From the human T2T-CHM13v2.0 reference genome, Homo sapiens: a DNA stretch of 64,000 bases. The DNA is taken from assembly GCF_009914755.1 (NCBI RefSeq), contig NC_060932.1; one strand, 5' to 3'. The position numbers and the translations under genes were made by a program. Within the stretch, counting starts at the first letter, position 1. Every line of letters begins with the position of its first letter. The notes beneath the pieces are model-generated. The model ran no database searches. It was not told where the DNA came from and was given only the letters and a program-made list of their open reading frames with translations. Below, in pieces: positions 11,060 to 26,868 of the stretch.

Positions 11060-13420
11060 TTATAACAGAATCACTCTGCTACTGTTTTGAGCATAGGCCA
11101 TAGGGAAAAGCAGGTAAAAGGTAATATGGCTTGAACCAACATTGTAGCAGCGGAAGTGGTGAGAGGAGGTCGAATTTTGGCTTTGTTTTGAAGATAGAAC
11201 CAACAGTATTTGCTGACAGATTAGATGCAGAATGTGAAAGGAGGAGATGAGTCAGGATGAATCCAAGGCTTTTGGCATGAGCAACCAGAAAGATGAAGGT
11301 GACTTACTAAGATGGGAAATATACAAAAGGAGCAGTTTGGGGAAACTTTATATCTATTGAGTGGAATATGCCAATTAGAGATTCAAATATCCAGTAAATA
11401 ATTGGCTATCAAAGTTTGAAGTTAAGAGGAATGGTCTAGGCTGTTTATATAACTTTGGAAGTCATTAGTGTATAACAGCTAATTTAAAAGCCAGCAGACT
11501 CTAAGGGAGTGAGTGTAGAGGGAGAAGAGTAGAGGTCTGTGACTTGAATCCTGGAATGCTGTGATGTTTAGAGATTGGGGAGGTAAGAAGGAGCAGCAGA
11601 GTATACTGAAAAGGGATTGTTATACTGAAAAGGGATTGATATAGATGGAGACTCAAGAATTATCACAGAAACCTGATAAAATGTTTCAAGAAGATGGGTG
11701 TGATTAATTGTGTCACTTACTGCCGGTACATTGACTCAGATGAGCGTTGAGAATTGGCTATAGGATTTGACAACATAAAAGTCATTGGAAACCTTGACAT
11801 GAGCCCTTTTCGTGGAGTGGAGTGGTTACAGTGGGTTTAAGAGAGGATTAAAGGAGTGGAAACAGAGATGCTATTATAGATGACTCGTTTGAGTAGTTTT
11901 CCTACAAAGGGGAGAATAATAATGGAGCAGTTAGCCAAAAGTTGAGTTTTTTTTTCTTCTTCTTTTTTTTAGTTGGAAAAAATTGCGTATATGTTGATGG
12001 GTCTTTTCTGGCAGACCAGTAGAGAGGAAAAAGTTGATGATGTAGGAGATGGGAAAATGTCTTTGAGTAGATGTCTTCGAGAAAATGTCTTTGAGTAGAT
12101 GAGAGGTTTGCACACATGGAGAGGTTGGATGTAGGAGTACTGATAGTTCATCCATAGTTACATAAGAAAAGGTAGATGTATTAGAGTTCTCCTGAGAAAC
12201 AGAACCAATGGGAGATCTTTATATCTCTGTGTCCATCTCTATCTGTATTTCTGTCTCTGTATCTATGAAGAGATTATAAAAGTTTTAAGATCTGCCAGGA
12301 GACATACCCACGGGAGCTAATGGTATAGTTCCAGGCCAGTTGTGAAGGCCTGAGAACCAGGAGAGCCTATGGTGTAAGTTCCAGTCTGAGTCCAAGTCTG
12401 AAGGCAGGAGAAGACCAATGTCCCAGCTCAAAGACAGGCAGAGGGAGCAGATCTTCCCTTACTTAGCCTTTTTATTTATTCAGGCCTTCAACAAATTGAA
12501 GGCCCACCCACATTAGGGAGGGCAATCTGCTTTACTCAGTCTACTGAATCAAATGTTAGTCTCACCCAGAAACATCCTCACAGACACACCCAGAATAATG
12601 GTTAGCCAAATATCTGGGCACCCCATGGCCCACTCAAATTGACACATAAAATTAACCACCACAGTAGAGTATATGGGTACAAATATAATTATGTGATATA
12701 GATTTCAGGGTAAGAGCCTGTGGAAATTCATTTTTGATTGCTTCTAGTGAAATCGGAAGCAAGATCATCAGCTAAGAGTGACGATCGGTGGAGGAGATAT
12801 GAAGTTTAAGTGGAGAGGAGAAGGTATAAAATAGTCTTAGGAGGGGAGGATAGTAAATAGATTAGGGAAAAGTTGTAGGATTGCCAGGAAGTAGTAAGGG
12901 CCCACTTGAGGCTGGTGGTCACAAATTTAAGGTGAGACCAGTCAAAATGGTTGTGCTTTTCACCTGCTGCATTCATTCAGCTGCATAGGTACAGGCACAG
13001 AGTAGGTCAAGAGTTCTTTTTTATTCGGGGTTAGAGTTTTGCCAGGAGATAGTAATAAAGCCAGAAGGGCAATGAATTTGAGGGAGTATGCAAGGAAGTG
13101 GCTGTTAACTTGGAGTTTAAACTAGTCAAGAAGAGAATTAAGGACTGCCCAAGGGGTGAGGACAATGATATGGTAGCAGGGCCCTTAAAAGCCCCAGTTA
13201 GATGAAAAGATTGTTGGAATTGAGTTTCTAGAGGGAATGAACTTGAAAAACAGGAGGTGTTGGTTGGAGAGTGGGATATATGGAATTGAGATTATGGAAG
13301 GATTCAGTCGTTGGTAATAACATAGTATCTTTGTAGGAATAAATAGGTGGAGCAGGATGCAGACAAGATCACTGGAGGAGGGCTGGTCAGAAGACTGGGA
13401 GGCACTATCTCCCTTGGATA
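11060..13420 (-). mobile_element. Long degraded L2 (interrupted by an MLT2 LTR)
   Basis: Purine-rich antisense L2 text (atttgctgacagattagatg...gagtcaaggatgaatccaagg...ggcatgagcaacc). Confidence 0.55.
12177..12663. mobile_element. MLT2-type (ERVL) solo LTR
   Basis: tgtattagagttctcc...gaaacagaaccaat ... ttgacacataaaattaaccaccaca with TG..CA ends and 5-bp TSD gtaga (12172, 12664). Confidence 0.85.
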
Positions 13421-14104
13421 TTATACATCAAAGCTTGTGATCTACTAGACAAGTAGTGGGGAAAGGGTAGGATATAGATATTAATGGCTATAGTTTTGAT
13501 GGTGATGGTCATGGTGATGATGATGGTCCATTAACACTCAACTCAAATACCATCAATTTGATTTATATCTAACACCACAAAGTTAGGTGTTGAGTTACAT
13601 GTGGTTATATTGTAACTAATAGTCAGCCCTTCATGGACTTCTATTCTTTGATGAGACTCTTCTTGTAGGAGTAGTAGGTGCCTTAAAGCACCTTTTCATA
13701 GTTGTCAGATTGAAATCCTTCACCAGTGTTTTAGGTTAACCCTGTTACTGTGGAAGTTTCTCTTGGCTTTCTGTGTGGGCTGCTTCTTTGTCTAGTTTTA
13801 CCTTTTGGGGTTAGCATACTATTGTGAATAATTTATTGGTGAGAAGGTAAGCAGAGAAGTAGAGTACTCTATGACCTAGTAATTTCATATCTAGGAATCT
13901 ATCCTATAGAAATGATAGGAATGCCTTACAATACCCACATATCCACAAGGGTATTCATTGAACGTTATTTTTGGTGAAATTCGCAAGCAACCTAATTATC
14001 ATCAATAGGGAATTGTTAAATTATGATAGATAAAATGGAATTCTATTCAGTCTTCAAAAAGTCAGATCAAGAAGTGGTCTTACATTTTAATTATCCCATC
14101 CTGT

Positions 14105-14650
14105 CAACAAGAGTGTCTTCAGTTGCAAGTAATGGAAAAACCATTCAAACTGACTTCAGCAATAAAAGGTTATTTATTGGTCTGTTTCATGGAGACATCT
14201 GAGGTAGAGTGGCCTTCAGGCAAGTTCACTCAGGGATCCGACTATTTTTCTGGCCTTATTCTTGGCCCTCTTCTATGAAAACACCTTCAGGGTGGTTTCT
14301 TGTATGCTTGTAAGATGGCTACTTGCATCAACCATGACCACATCTAGCAGGAGCAAAAGCATCCTTTCCCGTACCAGAGGAGAGTCCCGAAATTTGTTGC
14401 AATTGGACTGCCTTGGAAGCAATAATTATGGCCAGGAGATGGAGGCTAGAGAACTGAGACCTGATCATAGCTCCTATCCTTGAATCAGTTGTATAGCAAG
14501 GGGAATTGGATTTTCCTTAAGACAGTTGGATTTCACCTGTAGTCTTGGTGATGAGGTCAGTTCCATCCATAAAACTTTGCTGTTACACATTTTGGGATGG
14601 GGTGAGGAGGGCTGAATGGAGATTAGGATGCTATTGAAATTTGCTGTACA
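14105..14650. mobile_element. Old ERVL/MaLR-class LTR (LTR33-like)
   Basis: cagttgcaagtaatggaaaaaccattcaaactgacttcagcaataaaagg...atttattgg resembles the LTR33/MLT1 consensus, from recall. Confidence 0.45.
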
Positions 14651-15113
14651 CAATGGATCATTATCGTCTTCTTTCTTAGTGTTAAGGTAATCAGCCTCTT
14701 TTTCCTCCTCCTATGCTTGACTTTACTAAAACCATGAGACATGTTTAACCTCAGGACTCCAATTTGAAAAAATATAGACTGTTATTTACTTTATTACTTA
14801 CAGAAGCCCTTCATACTACTCTCAGCAAGAAAGAGGTAGGCAGGGAGTGAGGGAGGGGGGATCATGCTTACTGAGAAACAAACTATCGAGTATTGAAACT
14901 CCCCCTTCATATGCCTGACCTCAGTCCCATTCAGTTACCAGTAGGGGCCCCTATTAATTGGTACCTCACCAGCTTTTGCTGTTCGTTCATAAAACTGAGT
15001 CATTGAAGTACAGTAGAAAAATAATTGGACTACAAGATAACTTATTTCCTTCCATAATTGCAAAATATCTGATTTTTCTTCTTGTTTGTATTATGTAAAC
15101 TTACCCTGTCTGA

Positions 15114-15463
<350 letters not shown>

Positions 15464-15464
15464 C

Positions 15465-15779
<315 letters not shown>

Positions 15780-16440
15780 AATTTCATTTTCTATTTTGAA
15801 ATTTAAACTACCACTGACACTTCGTTTTCCCTCTGTTTTACTTAGCATTTATCTTAGAGAATAATCTTAATATGTATAGTTCTATTTTATTCTTTTACTG
15901 GCAGCTTAGTATGCCATATTTTGGATGTGTCATTGTTTATTTACCTATTAATTTACCCTATAACTGCTTCCCATATTTTTGCTTTTACAAAGGGATGTAA
16001 TGAACATCCTTTACATACGTCTTTGTGCATATGTGCAAATATTTCCATAGGATAGATGTAATTACTGACTTGAAGGTTATGCAGATTTAAAATTTTGATG
16101 CCTTCTATGAAACATCTTTCAAAATGGTGATGCCAGTTTCTTCTCTCGTAATTACTGCATATGGTCAATCTTTTAAATTTTTGCTGGTAATGATATTTCA
16201 AAATTATAACCAGTTTTTTGGCCTCATTTCTTGAATAACTTGTTTTTTCTCAAAGATAAGAAATGTCTCCTTCATCGTATGTCAAATTTCCATATTTACA
16301 TGGATCTATTTCTGGACATGGCAAGTTTTATTTATTTATTGTATGTATTTACGGTGTACAACATGATGTTTTGATACACATATACGTAGTGAAATGATTC
16401 CTACAGTCAAACAAATTAACATGTTCACCACCTTCCATAG

Positions 16441-16836
<396 letters not shown>

Positions 16837-18263
16837 TAATTACTGTAGTTTTAAAAGTTTCATATTTAGTAGGGTGAGTTTTTCCTTGTTGGTCTTGTTT
16901 TTCAAAAAAAATTTGCTGCTCTTGAGTATTTTCTCTTCCCAGTGAACTTTAATGTAAACTCACGTGGTTCAATGAAAAATTCTGATGACTTTTTTTCTTG
17001 GTATTGCTTCTTGAGTGTATTGATTTAATTAATATATTTACAGTTTTGGGTCTGGCTGTGCCGAAACGCAGTGTGTCTTATCCAGTCCTTTTTTAACTGT
17101 CTTAATAAAATTTGCTGGTTATCTTTAAAATGGATCTTGTATATTTTATGTTAGGTTTATTCCCAGGCAGGTTGTCATTTTTGCTGTTACTGATTTTGGA
17201 TATAAATTTTGGATATAATTGTATAATTTGGACTTGGATATAATTGTATTTGATTCTGTCTTATATATAAAAATGAGATAGGATAATAATTTATCCTAGG
17301 ATAAAAATAATTTGAGTATCCTTATTTTGCATCTGGTACCTTACTTGCTCCTGTTAAACAAATAGATAAAATTACTTGTCTTCAAAGAGATCCTGTGGAA
17401 AAATTATTTATTTTAGGAGACTTTGGAGCTTTGATAAAAATTAGGCTTATCTTTTGTAAAAGCTGGTTAGTGATAGCAATCAGACTCTTTTAAAGGTGAT
17501 TTTTTTTTCTTTCCTTTGATAAAATGCTTAATATGAGGGAGGATTAAGAAAGAGGATGGCTTTTGAACAGTTTCTTCATGGGGAAATAAGAAATTAGAAT
17601 AATTTCATGTTCTCCAAAAAAAGGAGAAAAATGACCTTCCCTCCTGAGCCTACTTCAAGCCTCTGTTTCTTTCTGACTCTATTGTTCTCATCTCTGCATT
17701 TTTCCAATCTCTTCTACTGTTAGTGTTTTAGGCTAGCTCCTCAGTGGAGGGCAGAAATTCACCTTCTCTTTAGCTGTCTTTGAAACCAAGAAGATAGAGG
17801 TATGAGATCTTCGTAGTCTGTAGTAAGAATAATAGAAGCCATCAGAAAAAAATATCAAAGCTTTGTAGCTGCTCCTGGAAGTTTTGATGTGAAGCAGGAG
17901 ACATCACCTATTGGTACCTGACTTGCTTTTGCTGTTCATTCATAAAACAGAGTCTCTGAAATACAGTAGAAAAATAATTAGACTGGAGGATAACTTTTTT
18001 CCTTCCAGGAATTACACAATCACAAAATTGCTGATTTTTCTTCTTATTCATGTTACATAAACTTATCCTGTCCGAAAAGACTGTATTTGAACTTACTATG
18101 TAAGATTTGCTTTAGGTAAATTTATGGCTGCTTCCAGAATTGTGTATTAATTTTCCAGTTTCTTTTTTACCAGTCTCCACTTTTACCTTTCCCTCTTCCC
18201 CCTATACTTAAATTGGTCTTACTGTAAAATTTATGCGTTTCTCTTTCTACCTGGCAATGCTGA

Positions 18264-18564
<301 letters not shown>

Positions 18565-20120
18565 TGAATCATCATTGCAGCAAGAGAAATTGGATTACCT
18601 TTAGACCACTGGCTCTACTGTGGGCTGGGAGTGGGACACCTTCCTTAAAGCGCATTGGACATTGGCTTTGTGGGTAACTGATCTTTACCTGAATGAAATT
18701 TATCAGTACTGTATTAAGGGTCTAGGGTGGAACGGATGCTAGCAAGGCAACCGTTAACATCCACTTACTGATGAATCCTATAAAATTTTATTTCAGGCCA
18801 TACGAAGTAACAGTAATAAATATAAAAGGAAAAATAGACAACCTAAGCAACTTTTTAAATTGACTTACTTGAAAACTTTCCCTGCAATTTCCCGGTTTAT
18901 AATGGTTGATTTCAGCTGACTGGCTATAGCTACTTAGAGAACAGAGGAAATTCATTAAAAATAATGAATTATTCAGTTGGGTAGTGAAATCCAGTTATAA
19001 AGCACTTCGCTGTGCCATGGATTCAGTTCAGGTCAAGTGATGTTCCTGGTTTATGGGCAGTGTGGCTTCTCACTATGACACAGCAAAGAACGTAGCTTTT
19101 ATCCTTTACCCTTGTTACTAACTAAAATTAATGGCATTTTATTGTGTTTATTTGTTTGATTCCATTTACAGTTTATTTCACTTGGTTTTATTAGTACAAA
19201 ATTGTGCTTTATATAATATTTGACAGTTAGGAAAAATTGTTAGATACCTATAAAGAAACAAGTCTCTCAAAAATCATCCTACTACTTTTAAAAATTACAT
19301 CGTCTTACTACAGTTAACCTAGATGTGAATGGGTAGTTTTATTTAGCTTTTCTGGTTTGTTTGCTTGGTCTGTTTGGAGGGAAGTTAAGATTAGCAGAAA
19401 TGTAGTAATAGATTCATGAAAGTCTTGAAAGCTTCTTTAATTAGAGAATTTAATGAGGGCTTTGGCATGCATTCTTTGGTTTTTCTCTGTTTTCCTCTAC
19501 CCCTTCTTATTCTTTTTGGTTCATTGAAAAGTAGAAAGAAATTCTCAAAAACCGTACAGGAGAATACCTTATAAATGATATCTTCTGCAATAAACTATAG
19601 ATTGTATATATGTATATGTATCTAGATACACAATCTGTGTGTGTGTATATATATGCTTGTGTGTGTATAAATGTATAAATTAGTTACTAGTATATACGTA
19701 AGTATAAAAACTCAATGTGCAAGGTTACATTTTCAGAAAATATGTAATATAATAAAAGAAATCAAGCCCAGAATTTTTAAAAAGTTTATTGCGCTTTCTG
19801 TTAAAAATGAAAGGCTTTTTGACTGGAAGCTGCTTCTCAGTAAAAATAACATAATTGTGTTGGTGAAGCCCAAAGATTCTAATGAAAATTAGGGTATTGA
19901 CAACCAAACGGAATTGCTGGAGTACTTAAGCTGCTTTGGTTTTGTAATCTTTCTGTGTCAGAATATTTGAAAAACACTTATTAATCCAGTCTTGTAACTT
20001 ATCCTTGAAATCTCTTTTTTAATATTCTTTTCCACACACATGAAAAGTTAGATGAGTGTATGAATTTCTGTTGTCAGACTAGTTGTAAACCTCCTAAATA
20101 TAGTTTCTGCAGTATAGTTA

Positions 20121-20651
<531 letters not shown>

Positions 20652-22956
20652 GAGATGGGTTTTGAAATTCAGTACTTTTTTTGAGTGAGGTCCAATGGGT
20701 CAGAAAGAAGCATTGGATAAATGAATCCATTTTCTCTTCTCTGTTTGAATTTGTAATTTGAAAGAATATTCTACCTATAAAGTACTTCAGTGCTTAATTA
20801 GCTGTCAGTGAATTTATATATCTTATCTAATTCATATGGATTTGCTATTTTTATCTGTACCTACAGATTCCTGACCTCTCTAAGGGGATCCCAGTATACT
20901 ATAGGGAATGAGGTATAATAGAAGTAAAAGACCTATCACTAGTCCTGTCATCATTCCAACTCATGTGTAATTATAGTTTAAAAGAAGTGACATCATGTGT
21001 ATTGCTGTTTATCTTTACATTAATCTTGTGGTCAAGAAAGCAAATACTATAATATATAATAATTATATAATATCATAAGACAAGTAATATAATAATGGGA
21101 ATATAATCCCATTTTACAAATGAGGAAATGAAAATTTAGAGAAATAAAGTGACTTGTCCAGGGTCACATGGATACTAAGTGACCAAGTGTCAAAGCAGAA
21201 TTTTCCAAATAACTTAAAGATAATTCTTGTACAAATATAGAACGAACACATGTCATATGTGTTGTGTTAATGAGGGAACCAGAAGGATGACAACATTGGT
21301 TCAGAGAGATGCAAAGATAAATATAGACATTGGAGGAAAAAGTTGGAAATAAGATTGTTAGGTTAGATACAAAGCTGTGTTATAGGCCAATAAAAACCAT
21401 AGACTTTGAGGTTATCTTTTTTACTGGACAGGATTCAGTTACACCTTTATGAGACCAAAATTTATTATTTAACATGTGGATATTAGAGTCTGAGTTTTAA
21501 AATTATTAGTAAATGACCGTCAAATAAAGATATGTCCCCTAATGAAATACTGATAATCGCTGGGTGAGCTTGTGCTCCTATATGACATTGAAATGACATA
21601 CTGCCCTCTCTTTGTCTTCTAAGTTTTGGATACTTTTTTTTTTTTTTTTTTGACACAAAGCTGCATTAGAACCTAGGTTTCTTGATTTTCAGTCCAGATT
21701 TCTTTCCACTCTACTTCCTGCTTCTTCATAGTATAATTTTCAACACTAGAGCAGTCTGCATAACTTTTGCAAAATCAGCTAGTCTTTCTTATTAGTTTTC
21801 CTTTGTGCAAAGTGATGTAGATACAGCTTTCTTCTTCAGAGAAACATTGTGAAATTCAATGAATATTTGTAAAATTTGCATACGTGCCCAATGTGAGAAA
21901 TTGAAATTATTACTTAAGTATTGCAACTGTTCTTTTAGGATATTTTGTTTGCAAATTTCAGAGTAATTATAAATATTCTTGCATTTTTATTGTAATCAGT
22001 ATTTATAAAACAGTGTATTTCATCACATTAACCTTTACATATTTTGAATAAAATAGTATTGAACCATTTTAAATAGTAAGTGGAAATTTTTCCACATTAA
22101 ACAGTATAACGGGCTAACAGAGTTAAGCATTGCATTATTTAACTAATAATTTTTTCCTGAACTTCAGATTATTATCTGTATGTGTCATATAACTTGACAA
22201 TTTTTTTTTTTTAGTGCTTTTTAAAAAGAGTGGGATACTTTATTCAGTTTAGCCCTCAAGCAATTAGGCAAGTCAGTTACCATGGTAACAGTAGGTATTA
22301 ATTTCCTTACCTAGTTAGAGGTTTTATGAACAAAGAAATCTCTGAGTTCATCCACCAAAACCCAACTTTCTCTTGAGACTGGCCTCTTGAGACTGGTGTT
22401 AAATTTGTCTATTTTCTAGAAGATGACACTATTCTAAGTGGAAAATACGGTTCTCTTGAGGTGAATTTCTACTCTATCAAGAGTGAAGTAGAGTATGGCT
22501 TAAAAGTTAAGTGATTAAAAAGCTACCCTTTCTTAGCTAATTTGGAATGTAATTGGTCTTAATTTTTCTAAATTCGTTCTAACCAAAATCTTATTGGCGT
22601 GATTTCTATTGACATGAACTAGAAGTGACTTCAGCAGACAACTTGTCCCAATATCTAAATGCTGTCAAATAGAATCACTTAAGATGAATTTCTTCCAAAA
22701 CAGAGTTCACAATTTTGACAGATAATCTCTTAGCATTTAATTGACTAGTATTACCAACCTTATGGAATAGGTCCACTCGTTTAGCTATCATGAGGACCAT
22801 TTTGCAACTAACTTATCAAAAAGCCTTCACCAAGAAGTTGCATATCTTATTGATATTTTAGAATGCGATTATGGAGATTAAAAATCACCACAATGGGTTG
22901 TTAATAACGCCAGCCTTGAACTTTCAGTTTTAGAGCATTTTATCTGTGTTCTGTAG

Positions 22957-23267
22957 TCAAAGTTGGTAAGGTGTCCAGTGGGTCATGTTTGACTTGCTGC
23001 TTGTTTTTGTACTGTGTGCTAAATGGTTTCTACATTTTTCAGTGGTTGAAAAGTCAAAAGAAGAATAATATTTTATGAAATTTAAATAAATCCAGGTTTC
23101 AGTGTCTATAGGTAAAATTTCATTGTAACGTTGTTATGCTTAAGTATTGTTTATGACTTCTTTGCTATAGTGACAAACTTGAGTAGTTTTGACAAAGATC
23201 ATCTGGCCTGTAAGGCCTAGAATAGTTACTGTCTAACCCTTTAGAGAAAAAAATTGCTGGCCCTTGT
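22957..23267. mobile_element. MER58B-like hAT DNA transposon
   Basis: tgtttttgtac...aaatggtttctacattttt...gcctagaatagttactgtctaacccttt...aaaattgctggccctg resembles MER58B. Confidence 0.6.
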
Positions 23268-23519
23268 TCTATAGTATGAAAAAATATAGCCTTGATTATT
23301 CATTAAAAAATTATTTTCCCATTTTATTGACATACTTTTGTCCCCTGATTGTTAAAAGGAATGCATGTTCTTATAGAAAAGTTGGAATATATAGAAAAGT
23401 ATAAAGAACAATATGAAAAACCATTTGCAATTGTGAGATAACCACTAATGTTTTGGTATACATTGCTCCAGACTTACACACAAACACACACGTATTTATT
23501 TTATACAATTAGAGTCTAA

Positions 23520-23803
23520 TTTTTTTTTTGAGACAGTCTTGCTCTGTTGCCCAGGGTGGAGTGCAGTGGCAAGATTTCAGCTCACTGCAACCTCTGCCTC
23601 CTGGGCTCAAGTGATTCTTGTGCCTCAGCCTCTTGAGTAACTGGGATTACAGGCGTGCACCACCATGTCCAGCTAATTTTTGTATTTTTAGTAGAGACGG
23701 GGTTTCGCCATATGCCCAGGCTGGTCTCGAACCCCTGGCCTCAAATCATCGGCCTGCCTTGGCCTCCCAAAGTACTGGGATTACACACGTGAGCCACTGC
23801 GCC
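23520..23803 (-). mobile_element. Alu
   Basis: Antisense Alu dimer. Confidence 0.93.
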
Positions 23804-24009
23804 TTAATTTTTTAATTTGCTTTTTTCACTTGAATAATTATAAGAACATTATTTTTAATGACTGTGTAGTGTTCTGTTTTATGGATGTACCATACTTAAT
23901 TATTTAGTCATAATTTATTATTATGAGGTTGATAAACATGATAATCAGATTGAGCTCAAGAAGCTAGTTATAGGGTTGCACAATTAATGAATCCCAGGTA
24001 CCTCGCTGG

Positions 24010-25260
24010 GTTGCTGAGGCTGCTATTTTTTTCCTGCCTGTTTGGAACACTGTGTTTGGGACCAATGAGGCAAAAGAAATTGAAGAGCTGCCATTTTCAA
24101 TTATTCTATTAGAAGATACATTGAAGATTTGTCAAATGACATAGACACAACACTAATCCAGAAGATTATTTAATCAAAAAGGCATTCATTTCAGATATGA
24201 ATTCATAAACATTTGTAACGATCCTCAGTTTGAAGACCATATAGAATCCCTGAAGAACTGGAAGACACTATTTGCTTGGCAAAGAGAAGTCCCCAGACCA
24301 ACTGGGGATGAAATATTCAAAGAGATAAATGAATACTTTGAAACATACAAGGTACTATGGAAAAAGAGTGGAAGTTTGGGACAGGTAATGACAGGAAGAT
24401 ATAAAAGCTTTACATTAAGTTCAATCTAAAACTTTATTCCAAGTAACAGGTTGTCTTATTCATGGAGAAGCAGTTGTAAATTAAAACTTGCCTGTGGTTT
24501 GGAATTTCACATTAAATGATTACATTAAAAATTCAAATGGTGAACCTAACTAAATCCAAGCTCCTACAGTACCTTCTTTTCACCTTTAGGTGAAGAAATG
24601 CGGTGAGCTATTTTATTACTGATTATGTGGACAGTCCAAAGGAAGGTTCATAAGCGAAAAGGAAAAATTTAAATTATTCCATGTGAGCGATTCTTACTTT
24701 GCAGATTTGTTGAAGTGTAGTTACTGGCTTCAAAAAGTGGTATCCTTAACTGACATTTTGAACACTTGAATTCACTCAATAAAAAAATGCAGTGATCATG
24801 TGGAAAATACATTAAGGTATATGACAGAGTTTATGGATTCAGAGCAAAAATTCAGCTTTGGAAAAGTGAAGTTAAAATGGTTTTTTAAGTGATGTTTAAT
24901 TGGTGTTATTTGAATCCTAAAGAAGAATTAATAGTACTAGTAGAGGAAAGTCAGTGTGTCTGTGACAAAGCTTTAGTATTATTTTGAAATACTTGATATA
25001 AAAAAGTTCACGTTTACTCAAAGCTTACTTAAATCATCAGAATAAATTAACATGTTTCTTAATTAAAGAAAAGGAGAAGCTATTAGACTTAAAAAATTTT
25101 TGCACCCTTGAAATACATACAATTTGAAGAGATTAAGTTGTTGGAATACTGGTTAATGGTGAAAAAGGAGTTTTCAGTCTATGAAAGCAAAGCCTTCTCC
25201 TTTGCCATTTGCTTTTTTGTAGTGGTTGCTATGTAGAATTCGAAGAAAATATTGTTAAAA
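24010..25260 (+). mobile_element. Decayed hAT (Charlie/Buster-type) transposase coding fossil
   Basis: Broken frames give EAKEIEELPFS / SIRRYIEDLSNDI, EVPRPTGDEIFKEINEYF and FEHLNSLNKKMQ...VYGFRAKIQLWK, motifs of Charlie/ZBED5/SCAND3-like transposases. Confidence 0.7.
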
Positions 25261-25515
25261 AGTCTTGGTCAGGAGTAGAGTGTAGCATGAACCCAATGCA
25301 TTTTAACGTTAATAATGAGGAAAAAGGGAATGCATGATAATTTCATCAAGTCAGAAAAAAATGGAAAAAGAAAAAGAGGAAACTGAAGAAAGTAACTGAT
25401 GAAAGTAAGGTGAAAGGGAAAACAACTTTTTATACCACCTGTGAATGAGATTAATTTTCGTTTCCATACTGAAAGACAAATATATTCCAATTAAGCCATT
25501 CAAAATAAAAAACAA

Positions 25516-25645
25516 TTTTTTTTTGGTAAGAGATGGGATCTCACTATGTTGACCAAGTTAGTCTTGAACTCCTGCCCTCAATCAGTCCTCCTGCTTCAGC
25601 CTCCCAAAGTGCTAGGATTTCAGGCATGAGCCACTGTGCCTGGCC
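25516..25645 (-). mobile_element. Alu monomer (FLAM-like)
   Basis: agagatgggatctcactatgttg...caaagtgctaggatttcaggcatgagccactgtgcctggcc. Confidence 0.85.
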
Positions 25646-25864
25646 AAAACCAAAATTAAGCAACAAAACAACAACAACAAAAATTCCAGACAGCCTTTAA
25701 AATAATGATAAAGGTTGAAAAATTGTAGATAGTGGTAGGTAGATAAGATTTCAGGAAAAGTCCAAAGCAAATCATAATACGTTATTTTAAAGGGGGGTTT
25801 AAAATCCTTTAAAGGTACAATGTGAAGCATTATGAAATGATAAAATACATGTTTTTTAAAAACA

Positions 25865-26868
25865 TTAATTTTATTTTAAGTTCCAGGATACATGTGCAGG
25901 ACGTGCAGGTTTGCTACATAGGTAAATGTGTGCCATGGTGGTTTGCTGCACCTATCAATCTGTCACCTACATATTAAGCCCCGCATACATTAGCTGTTTT
26001 TCCTGATGCTGTCCCTCCTCCAGGACCCAGTGTGTGTTGTTCCCCATGTATTCTCATCGTTCGGCTCCCACTTATAAGTGAGAACATGTGGTATTTGGTT
26101 TTCTGTTCCTTTGTTAGTTTGCTGAGGATAATGGATTCCAGTTCCATCCATGTCCCTGCAAAGTACATGATCGTGTTCCTTTTTATGGCTGCATAGTATT
26201 CCATTTTATATGTACCACATTTTCTTTATCTAGTCTATCATTGATGGGCATTTGGTTTTTTTCCATGTCTTTGCTATTGTGAATAGTGCTGCAGTGAACA
26301 TGAACATGTGTGTGCTTGTATCTTTATAATAAAATGATTTATATTCCTTTGGGTATATACCCAGTAATATAATTGTATAACCCAGTAATAGGATTGCAGT
26401 GTCAAATGGTATTTCTGGTTCTAGGTCTTTGAGGAATCGCCACACTGTCTTCCACAATGGTTGAACTAGTTTACATTCCCACCAACAGTGTAAAAGCATT
26501 CCTATTTCTCCATAGCCTTGCCAGCACCTGTTGTTTCTTGATTTTTTAATAAACGCCATTCTGACTGGCATGAGAGGGTATATCATTGTGGTTTTGATTT
26601 GTATACAAAAAAGATTTGTATTTCTCTACTGATCAGTGATGTTGAGCTTTTTTTCATGTTTGATGGTTGCATAAATGTCTTTTTTTGAGAAGTGTCTGTT
26701 CATGTCCTCTGCCTACTTTTTAATGGGATTGTTTGTTTTTTTTTTCTTGTAAATTTGTTTGAGTTCCTTGTAGATTCTGGATATAGACCTTTGTCAGCTG
26801 GATAGATTGCAAAAATTTTCTCCCATTCTGTAGGTTGTCTGTTCACTCTGATTTGCTGTGCAGAAGCT
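25865..26868 (-). mobile_element. L1PA-type 5'-truncated LINE-1 (3' end with ORF2 C-terminus)
   Basis: Antisense L1 3'UTR. ORFs 26230..26586 (CWWECKLVQPLWKTVWRFLKDL) and 26700..26906 ([14 protein letters not shown]). Confidence 0.95.
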
